A stretch of DNA of 64,000 nt from the human T2T-CHM13v2.0 reference genome, Homo sapiens. Shown one piece after another: positions 15,081-29,161 of this stretch. The position numbers were made by a program, and so were the translations under genes. The notes below the pieces were generated by a model that was given only the letters and a program-made list of their open reading frames with translations, was not told the DNA's origin and did no database searches. Position 1 is the stretch's first letter. Each line of letters begins with the position of its first letter. The DNA lies in the NCBI RefSeq assembly GCF_009914755.1, contig NC_060928.1; one strand, given 5' to 3'.

Positions 15081-15227
15081 CTGTGGTTTTAAATATTTGG
15101 TCAAAGAATGTCTCAGGGAGACATTATTATTTATATACAGTGTAAGAGCCAAGAATACAAGCATCTGAGGCAATATAGGACATAGAGACAAATAAATAGA
15201 AAGGCCTCAAAGGAGTTGTGTGCATGA

Positions 15228-15402
15228 GTGTGTACTCCAAGAATAGCACAGATGACATATGGCTGGAATGGAGTGTCATGATTATATGACAGAAGTAGTG
15301 GGTAGCCCAGTATTATGTAAATATCTACCCACTACTTCTATCATACAATCATGACACTCCATTCCAACCATATGTCATCTGTGCTATTCTTGGAGTACAC
15401 AC
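15228..15402. repeat. Long inverted repeat: 78-bp arms (15228-15305, 15325-15402), 19-nt spacer
   Basis: Arms aligned by hand: 75/78 complementary, 3 transition mismatches. Confidence 0.97.
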
Positions 15403-16175
15403 CCTTATCGCCCTCCCAGGGCATGGGACAGGGTTGTGACTCACTGCTTCACTGCCCTGCTGCTCAAACTCCTAGGGGGAGCATGCAGATGGGCAGGTCA
15501 TGGGAAGCGTTTTTGGGCTCCGACCCCTCGGCAGCATCTAGGGTTGAGTGTTTACAGCTCCTGAGGCCCCAGTGGGCATGTGTTACAGCGTGTTCTTTCA
15601 GCTTTGCTGTCTGCAGCCTACTTGTGTTGGCTCAATAAGACCCTCTGCCTTATCGCAAGGACAGAGGGCTTTCTGTATCCTGGGTTCTTGCCCTAGTATG
15701 CTGGAAAAGTCGATCACATGTGGCCCTGGAGTATGGGTGCAAGATTTCATTAGGTAGTGGAGGTGGCTCCCAATGAGATGGCTAGGGAGCCAGAAAGGGG
15801 TGGAGTGGGAAGGTGGTCTTTCCCTGGAGTCAGGCCACCTTGTGACCAGACTCTCTTCTGACCGCCTCCAGCTGAATTTCCCTCAGCGTCTGCATAGCTC
15901 CGCCGTCAATTGCCTGTTGATGTCTTTCGATGTGTTCTGCTCCTCTCAACGTCCAGCTGGTTTTGTGTGTGCTTGCTACATCTCAGGTTTTTATGGGCAC
16001 TGGATGGGGGGGTGGGGGGTGGGGGGCCAGAGTGGCCTTGGAAAATGCAGCATTTGGGTGTGAAAACATAAATGCCTGTTCTCACTTAGGTCCGTGGGCA
16101 CAAGCCCGAGGGTGGATCCCTCGCCAGGGACCCCACCCTTCTCTACCCAGCACTTCCCTGCCCCTTCCTGTATCA
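15403..16175 (-). mobile_element. ERV1 LTR (LTR1/LTR27/LTR28 group), missing its last ~15-20 nt
   Basis: Minus strand starts tgatacaggaaggggcagggaagtgctgggtagagaaggg; TATA-like cccataaaaa (~15988-15997); stops at ...gggcgataaggg with no terminal CA and no left TSD. Confidence 0.85.
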
Positions 16176-16509
16176 GAAGCAGATAGGCCCATTTGGAGGC
16201 TCTTTGCAATAATCCGTGTTGTCACGATGCATCCTTAGACTCGGTGGTGATGAAGGTAGTAAAGGAGGTAATAAAATCAACAAGGGTTTCTAATACCATG
16301 TATATGTGTTATGACAGAAAGATTTATGAAATGACTCCAAGATTTAATGTATGAGTATATATAAGGATGGAGTTGCCATTTATTTATGAGACTAAAAGCA
16401 GTAGAGAAAGAAAGATAGTGGGTAGAGATCAGTCTTTGTTTATATATATTCAATTTGAGAAGTCATGTAGAATTTAAATGGAGATGTTGAATAAATTTTT
16501 CATATACCA

Positions 16510-17567
16510 CTTCTAGTTTTAGCTCCTCCTCAGTTTGGAGGCTGTCACTCTAGCCGTACAACAGGAAAAAGCCAAACAAACTGAAAATCAATAATCTTAT
16601 TGGTTTTATCAGAGAATTGAGATCACAGGGCAAACTGTCACCCCAACATCTGGACAGACAGATGAATCCAGAAAGTTATAGCCAAGATGTGATTACATGG
16701 AATGGAAACCAACAAAGCCAAACATTGAAAGAAACATTTAAATGGTGATTTTGATGAATTAATGGAGGCTTGTGTGGCCTATGGTGAGAAAGAGAAATTC
16801 GGGGTTAAAATCTTACATGGGTCAACAGAATTTGATGAGTTTACCTCCAGGAACACACAGTTTCTCACTGAAAGAGACAAGAAATATCTCCCAGTGGTTT
16901 GGGCAGAGAGAGAAGAAAAGTACCATAATGGTACATGCCCAGAATGTTCTCCATAAAAAAGGCTTACTCTTTAGGGAAAAATGCTTTACCAGAGACTCAT
17001 TCCACCTGAGGGAAGGGAATTTATTCCACACCAGCTCCCTGTGCCTTTCCTGTCTCACCTGAGGAGAAGGGGAATGCTAAGAAATGGTTATAAAGGTCAC
17101 AGGCCAGGGACACAGGCCAACTAAAAGACCTAATTATTGAACTACAGAATGTGTCACCTCCCTGATACCTTACCATAATATTAACAGAACTCTAGTATTC
17201 AGTATAATGACAGTGGATTACAGCTAAAAGAATTGTAGTGCACAGATTCTATTTAAGGGGGAATGCTTCAGGAAGCCAAAAGAGAACAAAGTGGGGAGGG
17301 GACAAGAATACTAGCTCTAGCCCTTAGAGCTATAGCAAAAATTAAACACTTCCCAACTACTAGCCAGATTAACATGAACCTCATATTAAAGGGCCATATA
17401 CCTCATTTTCTATCATCTGACACATTGTGTCTAGTTTCAACAACAACAAAAATTACGAGGCACAGTTAAATTCAGGAAAATAATTTGTCTGAAGATACAA
17501 AAAGCAACCATTAGAACCAGACTCGGATATGAGACAGATTTAGGAATTATCAGACAAGAAATTTACA
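16510..17567 (+). mobile_element. L1M 5' UTR / ORF1-start fragment (L1MC/MD-type) inside L2
   Basis: aaactgaaaatcaa..tcagagaattgagatcacagggcaaactg; agaaccagactcggatatgagacagatttaggaattatcagacaagaaattt. Confidence 0.75.
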
Positions 17568-17736
17568 TGGTGGATATACAAGGAAAAATACTTCATTGGA
17601 AGTAATACTTTGTCAGTTTATAGGTGGTGTTTAAAAGTCATAAGACTGGTTTAGAACACACTTAGTTAGCAAATGATGGACAAGAGGTGTGAGGATTTAG
17701 TGCTGTGACTCTCCAATGCTTAGAAATACTGGAAGA

Positions 17737-18085
<349 letters not shown>

Positions 18086-19100
18086 TCAGAAAAAAATAGG
18101 TTCTGAGATCTAAGTTAAAAAAAGTATTTCAAGTAGGTGAGCATATTCTGCTTTAGTAATTCATGCTGATATATCAGGAAAGAAAAGAAACATCGATAGG
18201 ATCATTGATTAATTTACAAGAAGATTCAGTAAGTGAGGGTGGTGACAAGCAAACTGAAGTACATAGAAGAAAATAGACAAGAAGAATTAGAAACAGAGAA
18301 TAAAATGTATTCTGGAATATTTTTTTCCTTGTAAAGAGAAAATTAAAAATAAAGTTTAATAGTTGAGAAAGGTGGACTGAGGAGACTTTATTTTTAATTC
18401 TAGAGACATAATAATTTTATGTTTTTGTAAATGAGAAAAGAGAAAGGATGATTAGTAATGCAAGAATGAAAGGAGATCAAGTGCACAGGAAGAAGATTTC
18501 ACCTTAGAGAGACATAGTTATCACCACATCCATCCAGATATTGTGATAATTCAATATATACATTTTCACTTCTCTGTCTAATCCTTCCTTGAATTTTACA
18601 TCAGAATATACTTCATCCTTGGTTTCTGTACTGAGTTCAGGTTATATTGTACCAGATTGCAGCTATATATTTTTAGAAGTTAAGATAAGAGAATCTATCT
18701 AATTGGGTTGCAGCATCTTCCTATAATAAATACAATACAATTAAACTTGATTACACATCCCAAACAAAAATATATAAACAAAAAATTAAGTGCAGCAAGA
18801 AATCACCACCATGAAAATCTTAAACAAAATGTTCAAATTTTAGCTCATATCATCATCTGCAAGTGTGTTTTTTTTTTTTTCTTTTCTCTTGCTCCAGCTC
18901 TTACTATTTGTATTAGACCTAGGCCAGGCCTACTGACTAACATCCTTAAATAAGTGTAACATTGCTGTGAAAAGTGAAGAGCAGAATTTACCACGTTCTG
19001 TAACAGGCAGAGCAGATAATCACTTACCAGTAATTCAGATATTCACTCCAGATTGCATGCCCTAAAAATTCTTCTCTCTTTTGATCCCACTGGTCTCTAA

Positions 19101-19556
<456 letters not shown>

Positions 19557-19739
19557 TGAAGAAAATAGGAGAAAGGAATAGATATTTTTGTAGATATTCT
19601 TTAAATGGAAGTATTAAGCACAAAAATGATTTTTTTTGGTCTTTAGATATTCTCGCTCTCTACCATCTTTTCCAAAAAACTCTCTCCCCCTATTTCCATC
19701 TGCAGAACATATTTTTATAAAGATGCTTTATGAAAATAA

Positions 19740-19970
19740 TTTTTGAAAATTGGAAATTCAAGCAAAATGAGGAACATCTGCGTTTTATACACTTCCAGAG
19801 ATTCATGATGCACATAAGAAACACAGAGGCTCTGAGGATTCTTCCTCTGTTGAGCCTAATGTAGTTTTACGTATTTCCCAAATTTGTCTTTTCAAAAGAT
19901 GTCTTTTTGATATGAAGTTTTAATAAACCATGAAACTATTTTCCAGCTAAAACATTTAGAAAAGTGCTGA
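19740..19970. mobile_element. hAT-Charlie type DNA transposon relic
   Basis: gattcatgatgcacat..gaggctctgagga; tatttcccaaattt; end aacatttagaaaagtgctg resembles a Charlie terminal repeat. Confidence 0.4.
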
Positions 19971-21654
19971 CTGCTTTTTTTCTAGAATGAGCTGGATAAA
20001 TTTTGGTAATACTGTGTGTATCTAGAAACTAATAAGAAGAATTTTAGAGATAAGACTATAGAGGAGCTTGCTTTTTGAGCCGGTTAAGAACAGGTTTCTG
20101 ACTGAAAAAAAAAATTGTGTTGGATATTACTGAAATACATTTTGGAGTTAAAATTAAATCTCTCTTTTAATAAGAAAAGAAAGAGTCAAAAAGGGCATAA
20201 ATTTGTGACTAAACAAATTGTAAAAGAATCTTGACACTTTGTTAGTTTTTATTCTGTCTTCTGCATGATATATTGCTTGATTCAACTTTGTGGTTCAGAG
20301 AGCTATGTATGGCAAGTGATTGAAAGTATTTTCTAAATTTTAAAAATGATAAATGGTTAAGAAACACAACCGAGGGTACCATACTTACACAAACTAGTGA
20401 TTAGACTATTATGGCTTTCAATCACAGAATGTTTCACATTATCTGCTTTGCCAACTCATTGTGATTTTATGATAACTTGAACGTAAGTAACAATAAAAGG
20501 AAACAGTTCTGATTGATGGTGATGGTACTATGAAATTCATTAGGGATTAAAAAGACTTCAAATTGAGAGTTCAATTCAAAATTCAGCCATCAGAGTCAAT
20601 GCACTCTGTGAACTCATGAAATTACAATAAAATGCATGTGCACTTTTTAGATGAAACTGTTCCTAAAATACATATAAAGATCAATGGATTATATGATTTT
20701 TATTCATCAAATAGAGAAGCCATGGCTCTCAAATCCTGTTATGCTGATGCTAGTAAAATTAAGCTTATATTTATGGATTATATATATATATACTTCCTAA
20801 ATATTAGTCTTCCAGAGAAATAGGATATTATCAAATAAAACTTTAAATTCTGTTTTAGAGCCATGTTCCACACTTAGTGAACAAGTCCTATGACTTTATT
20901 TAAAATTAACCAAATGGAAAAAGATACTAGGATATTCTGTCTTTAAAATAAAAATAGCTTGCCTATTTTTACTGACATTAACCAATATATTACTACATTT
21001 TTATTCTGAAAAATATTATAAACTCTGTAAAGATAGAAACATATTTAATATTTGTATTTACTATTATGGAACTGTGATAACAAATATAGTTTTATAGCAC
21101 AAAAGTCATTGCCAGGAATTCATGTTAACAACTTGGAAGAAATTTTTTTTTTCACTCAAAATTCTGAAGTCTCTAAAGAATGACCTTCTGTAAGCCATTT
21201 AATTCGTAACAAAGTCCCTGAATAGCAACAAAATCACAAATCATAATAATAAATACAATAAAGCAGTTTTATGTAAGTGCACAAACCTGATAATCTATGC
21301 TGATAGGTTAGAAAATAATTACTTGCTTCCCTAAAGAAAGGCAGCTGTAAATTATTCAGGGTTACTCCAGCACTGATGGAAATATTTCCTTTGTTTTGTA
21401 TTTGTAGCTTAAATAATTCCCTATCAAGAATTAGAAAGTCTTATTATTTCTGTACAGTTATGAATAGACTGGTTATCCTTTAGTTTTCACATCCATATTT
21501 ATTTTCTTTTAAGGATCTTTTTTATTCTGAATGTTTCTTTTCTTGTTTCCTTAACTTATATTACTTATACACCCCGTTAAGCCTTTCCTTGAATAAAAAG
21601 ACCAATTTTTGAATAGTGAAAGAATTGGTTGCTTGAGTGTTAGGGAGGCATAAG

Positions 21655-21808
21655 TATATACATATATGTATGTATATATGCATTATATATACACACACAC
21701 ACATATGTACCTATCTTCCACATCTATGTATCTATGTATCTATTATCTATCTATCTACCTATCTACCTATCTAGCTAGCATCTATCTGTCTAATCTATCA
21801 TCTATCTG
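21655..21808. repeat. Compound microsatellite (TA/TG)n-(CA)n-(TATC/TACC)n
   Basis: Directly visible. Confidence 0.9.
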
Positions 21809-22044
21809 AATTGATGAATATATCCTGGGTTTAATTCAGCTTTATTTTTCATGTACCTGCTGTATCCCATCACTCTGATAGACCTTTTCATATTTCTGTT
21901 ATCTTATTTATTGTTCCCAGTGTGCGAGTGATCAATTATTATCTCCATGAACTAGTGTGTGTGTGTTTGTGTGTATGTTTGTATGTGTAATGTTTGTGGA
22001 TTTTTTTTCTATAATGCTACTTGGTTCTTTAGTCTCATGGATAC

Positions 22045-22750
22045 TTATGATAATAAAAGCCAATATTTATTTAGCACTTATTCTATGCCCTCAAAGATTT
22101 AAATATTTTATACACATTTTCTCACTTATGCATTTCAACATTGCTCTGAAGTAGATAATATTTATTGTAATTTATAAATCAGAATGTTATTATAAAACTC
22201 AAAGTAATAATTAGCTTTTATATTCTTCCGGTTTATGTTCATCTTTATGTCCTGCTACATAAATCCTTTTGTATTGAAAAAAATATTTGACAAATGATAA
22301 GAAACAATGATGTCATAAAACCCTGAGTTTGAGTATTGATCTGTTAATTATTAATTCCATGAACATGAAGAAGTGATGATTCTGTCAGAAATTTACTCTA
22401 CATATCCATGTAATAGGGATAACAACACATACCTTGCAGGTTTGGTTTGAGGACAAATAAAAATGCATGTAAAGCCTATAGCATTCTGTGTAGCAGACTT
22501 TAACCATGAATATTACTAGGTAGCAAGGTTATCACTGAGGTAAGCAGAGTTGAATTTTTTTTTTAATTTGTATAAGTTGGAGGCAGATGGAGTCTGGCCA
22601 CATGAATTGTTTTCTCATTACTCTAAATGGCAGATTGCTTAACTGTCATATGAACATGATAATATCACCTACCCCATATTATTTTAAGAGTTATTTGAGA
22701 ACACTTAGAGCATCAGGCACATAAGTATTCAATATCTATTAGTTATATGT
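22045..22750. mobile_element. Cluster of three MIR fragments (22045-22190 minus; 22320-22520 and 22650-22750 plus)
   Basis: atatttatttagcacttattctatgcc; gtaatagggataacaacacataccttgcaggtttgg; ataatatcacctaccccata. Confidence 0.6.
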
Positions 22751-24129
22751 TCATTAATTATTATTTTTTAATATTTTTTGTTAAGAAACATACTTATTTT
22801 GATATATTTAATGCTAGAACTTCTATCTGATAATGTATATACAGTGTTTATTTTTATATTTTCCTAAATGGCAAATGAACATTCAAATCTTTCTGTTTGA
22901 TCTGTCAGAACATGGTTCTGTTAGTTGGCATTTTCTTTCAAATTTCGCTTGGACTACCTGAATTACATTACTTGTTTCATTCTTTATAATCTAATCAATT
23001 CTTTTATTTAATTCTTGTATTGTGACTTGTCAACCCAACTAAGACATAGATAATATGATTAGAGAATCAAAAGAAACCTGATTAACTCCCTCATTTTACC
23101 TATGTGTAAACTGAATACATATGTATAGAATAAATGTGTTGCAAAAACTTGTATTGTCAATGAATTATTGAGTTAGATCGAATTCTTGACAGCTCCGTTA
23201 GCCAAACAAGATCATTTGCACTGATATTTAAATTAATATAATAATATTACTGAACATCAGTAAAAAGTCCTATAAGTGATAAAATATATAAACTGTTTTG
23301 GGACCATTATTTTCTGGCAGTTATTTCTTATATTAACAGATTTACTAGTAAATTGCAACAAAAAATCACTACCTAAAGACAATACCTTTGAGGCTAACGA
23401 AGTAAAAAAATGTATTTTTTGTACATTTCAGAAATGTCATGATTTCAGTATCAGCACAGTAATATAATTTTACTGTGTTCTGTCACACCAAAGGGTTTCA
23501 AAGGAGATAATGCATGAAGAAACGACATTTTACTTCAGAGTGATAATTATCAGCTATATTCCAGAACAGACAGATCACTGCAAAGCAATAATAGTACCTA
23601 TTATGATTCAAGAAAACTTTTATGTGAAGTTATTCATATTTGAAGAGTGATTGTATTGATGACAATGATAAAATAATAGCACTTAGTAATAATAGCATGT
23701 TCCATTTTTTATTTTCTCCTGAAAGATCCTAAGGTTACATATTAAAAAGTATCTATTTGTGCAATCATGGAAGGCAAGTAAAATATCAAATTATTTTCAG
23801 AAAAAGGAAATGGAATCCTTTTAACAGCAAGCCAGTGTGATTTGAAAAATGAAACACAAAATTTGATAGTAATATACAGGAATGACATAGTGAAATTATA
23901 AAATTGCATTAAAATGCATACCACAATTTAAATGTAATAACATAAAAACATGTCTAAGAATATGGTCATTAAGAATTCAGGTGATAAACATATACATTTT
24001 GACATGTTGAATGTATAAATGTCAATTCTTACATAATTTTGTATGGTTTAGATTATGTGTGAATATAAAGAAAATAATGTTAAAGTGTATATACAAAACA
24101 AGTTCCCTGGAATAAAAAAAAAACATGAT

Positions 24130-25130
24130 CATTAATGGGAATTTATCTTACAGTATATAAGAATGACTTATAAAGCTATTCTGATTACATCAGTAAAGTA
24201 CTGACATAGGAATAGACAAAAACACAATTAAAACAAAATATCTGAGGCCAGTTAAAAATATAATTCAAACTGAAACTGTAATACATTTGCTTTACAGGAT
24301 TTTTATTGTCTTCCCTCTATATCTCTACTTTCCTTTTTATGCAACCAATAGTCCACAGTCATTCACTGTGCTTAAATTTTGTATAAGTTTTTAATCCAGG
24401 AATTCTCATCCTTGGCAATTTGGGTCAAATAATTGTTGTGAGAGGGAATGTCTTGTTTTCGTTTAGCAGGATCTCTGGCTTCCATAACTAGATATCTATA
24501 GCACACCTCACTTACCAGTGTAATGAATAAACATGTTTCCAGACATTGCCAAATGTCACTAGACCTGGTGAGGGAATCATCCCTTATTGAAAACCACTGT
24601 CTTATTCCATTATTCAAAATAATGTATTTCATACTGGTTCAAAAAAGTGTCAAATAAATATTTGTTAAAGATGTATCTGATAAAGAGTTTATCTTCCTGG
24701 TGTTTAAATATATTCAAATGAATCAAGAAAAGACAAATAGCCAATTGAGTAAAAAAAACATGAACAGATAAATCACTAACAAGAAAAATCCCAAATATTA
24801 ATACACATAGGAAAAATAACTTCAGTGATAGGTATAAAATGAAAATAAAAAACAATAATATATATTCTTGTTGATCACTTAAATCTAAAAATATTAGGAC
24901 AATTAGATTCTATTAGGACCACTGCCAATGATAGGAGGTATAGACAAGCTATCATACGTCATTGTTGGTGTTTGCCAAAGATTTTTGGAAAATGATTTTA
25001 AGCAATACTACACATAGAAATCTGTCATACAGAAATATTCTCATACTATGTAAAGATATATTGAATGATTTCAAATGCAGGCAGAAAAATGTAAACCACT
25101 TGGATGTCCATATATATGGAAATGAATGTA
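24130..25130 (+). mobile_element. L1ME-type ORF2 end / 3' fragments, interrupted by MER20
   Basis: gacttataaagctattctgattacatcagtaaagtactgacataggaatagacaaa; aaatgtaaaccacttggatgtccatata. Confidence 0.55.
24398..24599 (-). mobile_element. MER20 (hAT-Charlie)
   Basis: tttccagacattgccaaatgtcac ... ttgaaaaccactg. Confidence 0.85.
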
Positions 25131-26344
25131 CCAAAGTTTTTTAGAGAACTCAAATCTATTTCTTGGTGATAAATTGCTCCAATCACCTTCATCTTTATGT
25201 AGGACATCATAGATATTTTCACCTACACTCAACTCTGCCAAGATCAGGGTTCTAAAGCCCTTGGCTCCCACGGTGCTTCTCATAAAGAGAATGTAGCAGA
25301 GTCTTGTCATTTCCACGAATTCTTCATATAAGACTTTAATTATTCCCTTTTCTAAAGGCTAAATGTTGCCTTTCCTCTTCAGTGCTTTGCAATAGGGCTC
25401 TTGGTTACCATTCTTTTAGGATGAGGATGTTGAAGAAATTTAAAACTTGTTTGGCTCCTAGCAACCCAGAAAAATTACATTCCTTGTCAATGACGTCTAA
25501 GTTTCATAGTTTTCAGCAATGAATAGAGCCAAACTTACATATGGTACACAGTAAATCCAGCAATTAGGCAATATGGTCTTTTGTCAGCCAATTGGATAAG
25601 AAAATGGGATTGATGTCAAGATACATCTCTGTTCATTAAGTTCTGACGATTATAAGATGTTTGTGAAAATAAATATTCAGGCTGATAGGTTTTGTTAGTC
25701 TGGCTACCTTCCATAGTAATCAATATTTTGATAGTAGACAAAAAATTGAGATTAGTTCCTGAGGAGTATCTTGATAAATGTTTCTTAAGCATTATTTTTT
25801 TATCTATACTTTGTCAATGTATTTTCTTAGTGTTATTAATTCTGTTATTTCTCTATCAATGAGTTGTTATATTATTTTCCTTCTCCCTAGATAGTCATTA
25901 AATAGATATTATAAATGAGGGAGCAATTGAAGCAAATAGTCTTATTTAATTTTTTAATGGATGTAGTAGCGTTTCTTTCTATTTCCTGTCTATTGGATTA
26001 TCCATAATGATACTAGAGCTATTTTGCTGCTGTAGAATCTGTCATTTTATGAAAAGAAGAAAAATAATATTCCTATAATTCTCTCTACCTTCTGCAACCT
26101 CCGTGTACACTTTATCATACAAAGGCTATTTCTATTATATTCCTCTTGTATTTACTTGTAACATCTTCCTTTAAGTTATCTTTTGTACTATGGTCAGCCC
26201 AATTTGCCTAAATCATTTGTGTGATTGGGATACATTCTTATTTGGAACACATAGAATACTTCATAGAAGAAAAGTTGATATTTTTAGTCCTGTCTTTAAA
26301 TGACTCTGTAGATTGGCTCCAGTTTACCTTTTCAGATTAATTGA

Positions 26345-26760
26345 TTTAGTCAATTCATTCAACACATATTTTCTGGTGCTCACAGACATTGATCTTAATT
26401 CTATCGAAGTAAGGAGCCGACATTCCTTGAATAGGAATTACAGTTTTGTATAACTATAGGTGGAATATGTCTAGAATACTACTCGTTGTTTTCCTTGCTT
26501 AATTTACTATAAAAACCACCTCAAAGATTACTGTCTCTTAATTATTTTCTGATTACCTTAATTTCAGAACATCTCTCCCACCTCCAGACTTTTATAGCAG
26601 TCCCCTAGTACCAATTTTATGGCTTGTACTACTTTGCATTTTAATAATTGATATTTATGTCTTAGCTTTCTAGTGTTAGCTACTGATAATCAAGAAGGGT
26701 GTTATACATCTGTTTCATATATATCAGATATTCATGAAGCATTTGTTCAAAGAATTAATG
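26345..26760. mobile_element. L2 3'-end fragments
   Basis: caattcattcaacacatattttctggtgctc; gaagcatttgttcaaagaattaatg. Confidence 0.45.
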
Positions 26761-28328
26761 AAAAAACCCTTCCTCTTGGTTGATGAAAGCCTAGTCTTTA
26801 TTACGACTGAGAAGGAAAAACATTGTTTCCTTGGTTTTATATTCCAGTTTTCTGTCATATCTACTTTATTCAGAGTAGCTTTAATAACTTTTATCTTGTT
26901 CCATATTTTCCCCTTATATCTTTGAAAAAAGATGTTTCATTATGTTATAATAAGAAACCATAATCATGATGTCTAATATTGTGATGGATTAAGAAGTTTG
27001 TATAAGTACTAATAAACAGTTTCTACCACTTTGGTATTCCCTTATGTATTGGGTAAATTTTATTGCATATTGTGTTGAATGCATTATGTATTGAGTGCCT
27101 TTGCTTAGAGGGTTTTTTTAATTAATGACTCTTTTTTTCTTCTGTGAAACAGTAGAAAAGTTTATTTTAAAATAAAAAAAAACTTTTTTTTAACTTTTTA
27201 ACTCAGGTGAAAATTTCTTAAATATATGTGTATGTGGATGTTTATATTACAAATAATTAAGAAGCATGAACTGACATATCTTTATTAGTTTTGAAAAATG
27301 CTAAAATAAGATAGACTACTACCATGTAAGGACTAGAACTAAACTAAAGCAAAATTAAATTTTCATGTTACCAAAAACATAATCCCTTAACCTATATGTA
27401 AAATTAGATACACCCTTCCTATCAACTAGAAGCAAGGTGTGGAGAAACATTACGACCTGAAAGGAATTCGAGCTTCTTTTAGACATAGTATGTTAAAAAT
27501 CATAAAGAAGATAAAGAATTATCTGACTTAGTGAAAGCTTGGAGTTTGTTATGTGATGCCTGATAGCATCACAAACAGAAAGGAAGTTTCTAGTTCAAAT
27601 GAGCAGTTTCGATTTTAAAAATGCTTAAGGCTCAAAAACTCCATATATTCCTGAAATATTTTGCAATGTTATGCTACGTCCTTATAATGATCTTAATTTT
27701 AAAAATATCAAAAGAATCAGCATTGCCTACCCTCCCTGGTTAGACTTATTGGCAGTGGCATCAACTTGTCTTCTAATAAGCAAGTTGTTCTCATGATCCC
27801 ATGTTTTGGCTACAATTACGTGAGTGAGCTTTTCTAAGTACTACAGCAGGCTAACTTTAACTCCTGGCCAATTTTATCAGAAACTCTGGAATAAGTCACA
27901 AACATCATCATCATCATTATTTACTTGAATGATTATAATATAGTTGTCAAGGTTGTAGAGCCAAATGACAAATATTCTGAAATAGTGAGACAAATTATTC
28001 TTAATCATAAATAGTAAAATATTGTCAGATGGATTTTTACATTTTGCTATTGTTAGTAACCAATAGATTCCCCCTAATGTCAAGTGTCAGTATATAAAAC
28101 ACTCTTCAAATCAAATAAATTCTACATATCAAGTAGAGAAAAATTTTACATATCAAGTAGTGATCAAGAAACATTATAAAATAGCAGAAACTATAGTTTT
28201 TCAACAGGTAGTTTTAATTCATGAGTGAGGAAATTCAGACTGATTTCTGGATGTTGCATATTTAATCATGACATCAGCATGGAAGGACATATTAACCCAA
28301 AACAAATTTTATTCAGTGCTTAAATAAT

Positions 28329-28332
<4 letters not shown>

Positions 28333-28362
<30 letters not shown>
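28333..28362. repeat. (AC)15 microsatellite
   Basis: Directly visible. Confidence 0.95.
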
Positions 28363-28365
<3 letters not shown>

Positions 28366-29161
28366 CAAACTCTCTTCTATCTGAGGCTAAGGCTGTGTGT
28401 ATTAGAAAACCTCCTTTGTATCACAAGCTTAAGTGCATGTATAGAGACTGAAAAGTAAAAAATAAAAGGCAAACTAAGACCAAATAAGGACATAATAACA
28501 AAGCATGAAAACAAAACAAACAAAAAACTAGTCAATGTGACAGTGTTATTTTAGATAGAGTGATCAGGTAAGATATTTTTGAATAGTTGTAACCTAAATG
28601 ATGAGCAGTAATAGTCACTTCAAGCTCTGGGAGAAGTGCTGCCCCAGAAAAAATTTGGCGAAGTCTCTAGCACAAAAATTTGATGTTTTTAAACAATGGA
28701 AATAAAGTAAATGTGAGAGGAGAAGAGTAAGACATGGTAAGATCAAACAGTGAAGCAGCAGCCAGTAGAGAAATGGTTTCTCAAACAACTCTATTTTCAT
28801 ACGTATTCTACTTGTAAGGCAGAAAAAATAAATTTGTTACATACTAGAAAGTGACCTCAGACCTCTGTCTTTTAAATGTATATCAATGAGGGTTTTCTTA
28901 ATCCAATGAAAGTTGTACCAGGAGATAATTATTTTTTCTAGTATTAACTGTTTCCATATAATTCCATATACTTTTCATTATAAATCCATAAACTCATGAT
29001 TATAAACTGCATTTGAAGACTGTATCTGGTTTTTTGTTTAGTTTACACACAGCTGAATTACATCTTACAAAAAGAATTAAGTACTTGGCAAAATTTAAAA
29101 TTAGAAGATTCCATATAAATGTATATAGTTTTATTACTTAAATAAAAAGGGGACTATCTGG

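Noticed and set aside
20428-20488. Possible plus-strand exon (cacag ... ac|gtaagt)
   Set aside because: Stops in all three frames, weak pyrimidine tract; such pairs arise by chance.
25071-25316. 81-aa minus ORF (LILAELSVGENIYDVLHKDEGDW)
   Set aside because: No recognisable homology or convincing splice context; blastx would be needed to revive it.
27552-27573. 8-bp stem tgtgatgc-ctgata-gcatcaca
   Set aside because: Short enough to be expected by chance in 64 kb.
28117-28162. Small tandem duplications (aaatt.tacatatcaagtag x2; also tgttatgtactgg x2 at ~8357 and actcactgtcatga x2 at ~475)
   Set aside because: Ordinary slippage duplications with no sign of function.
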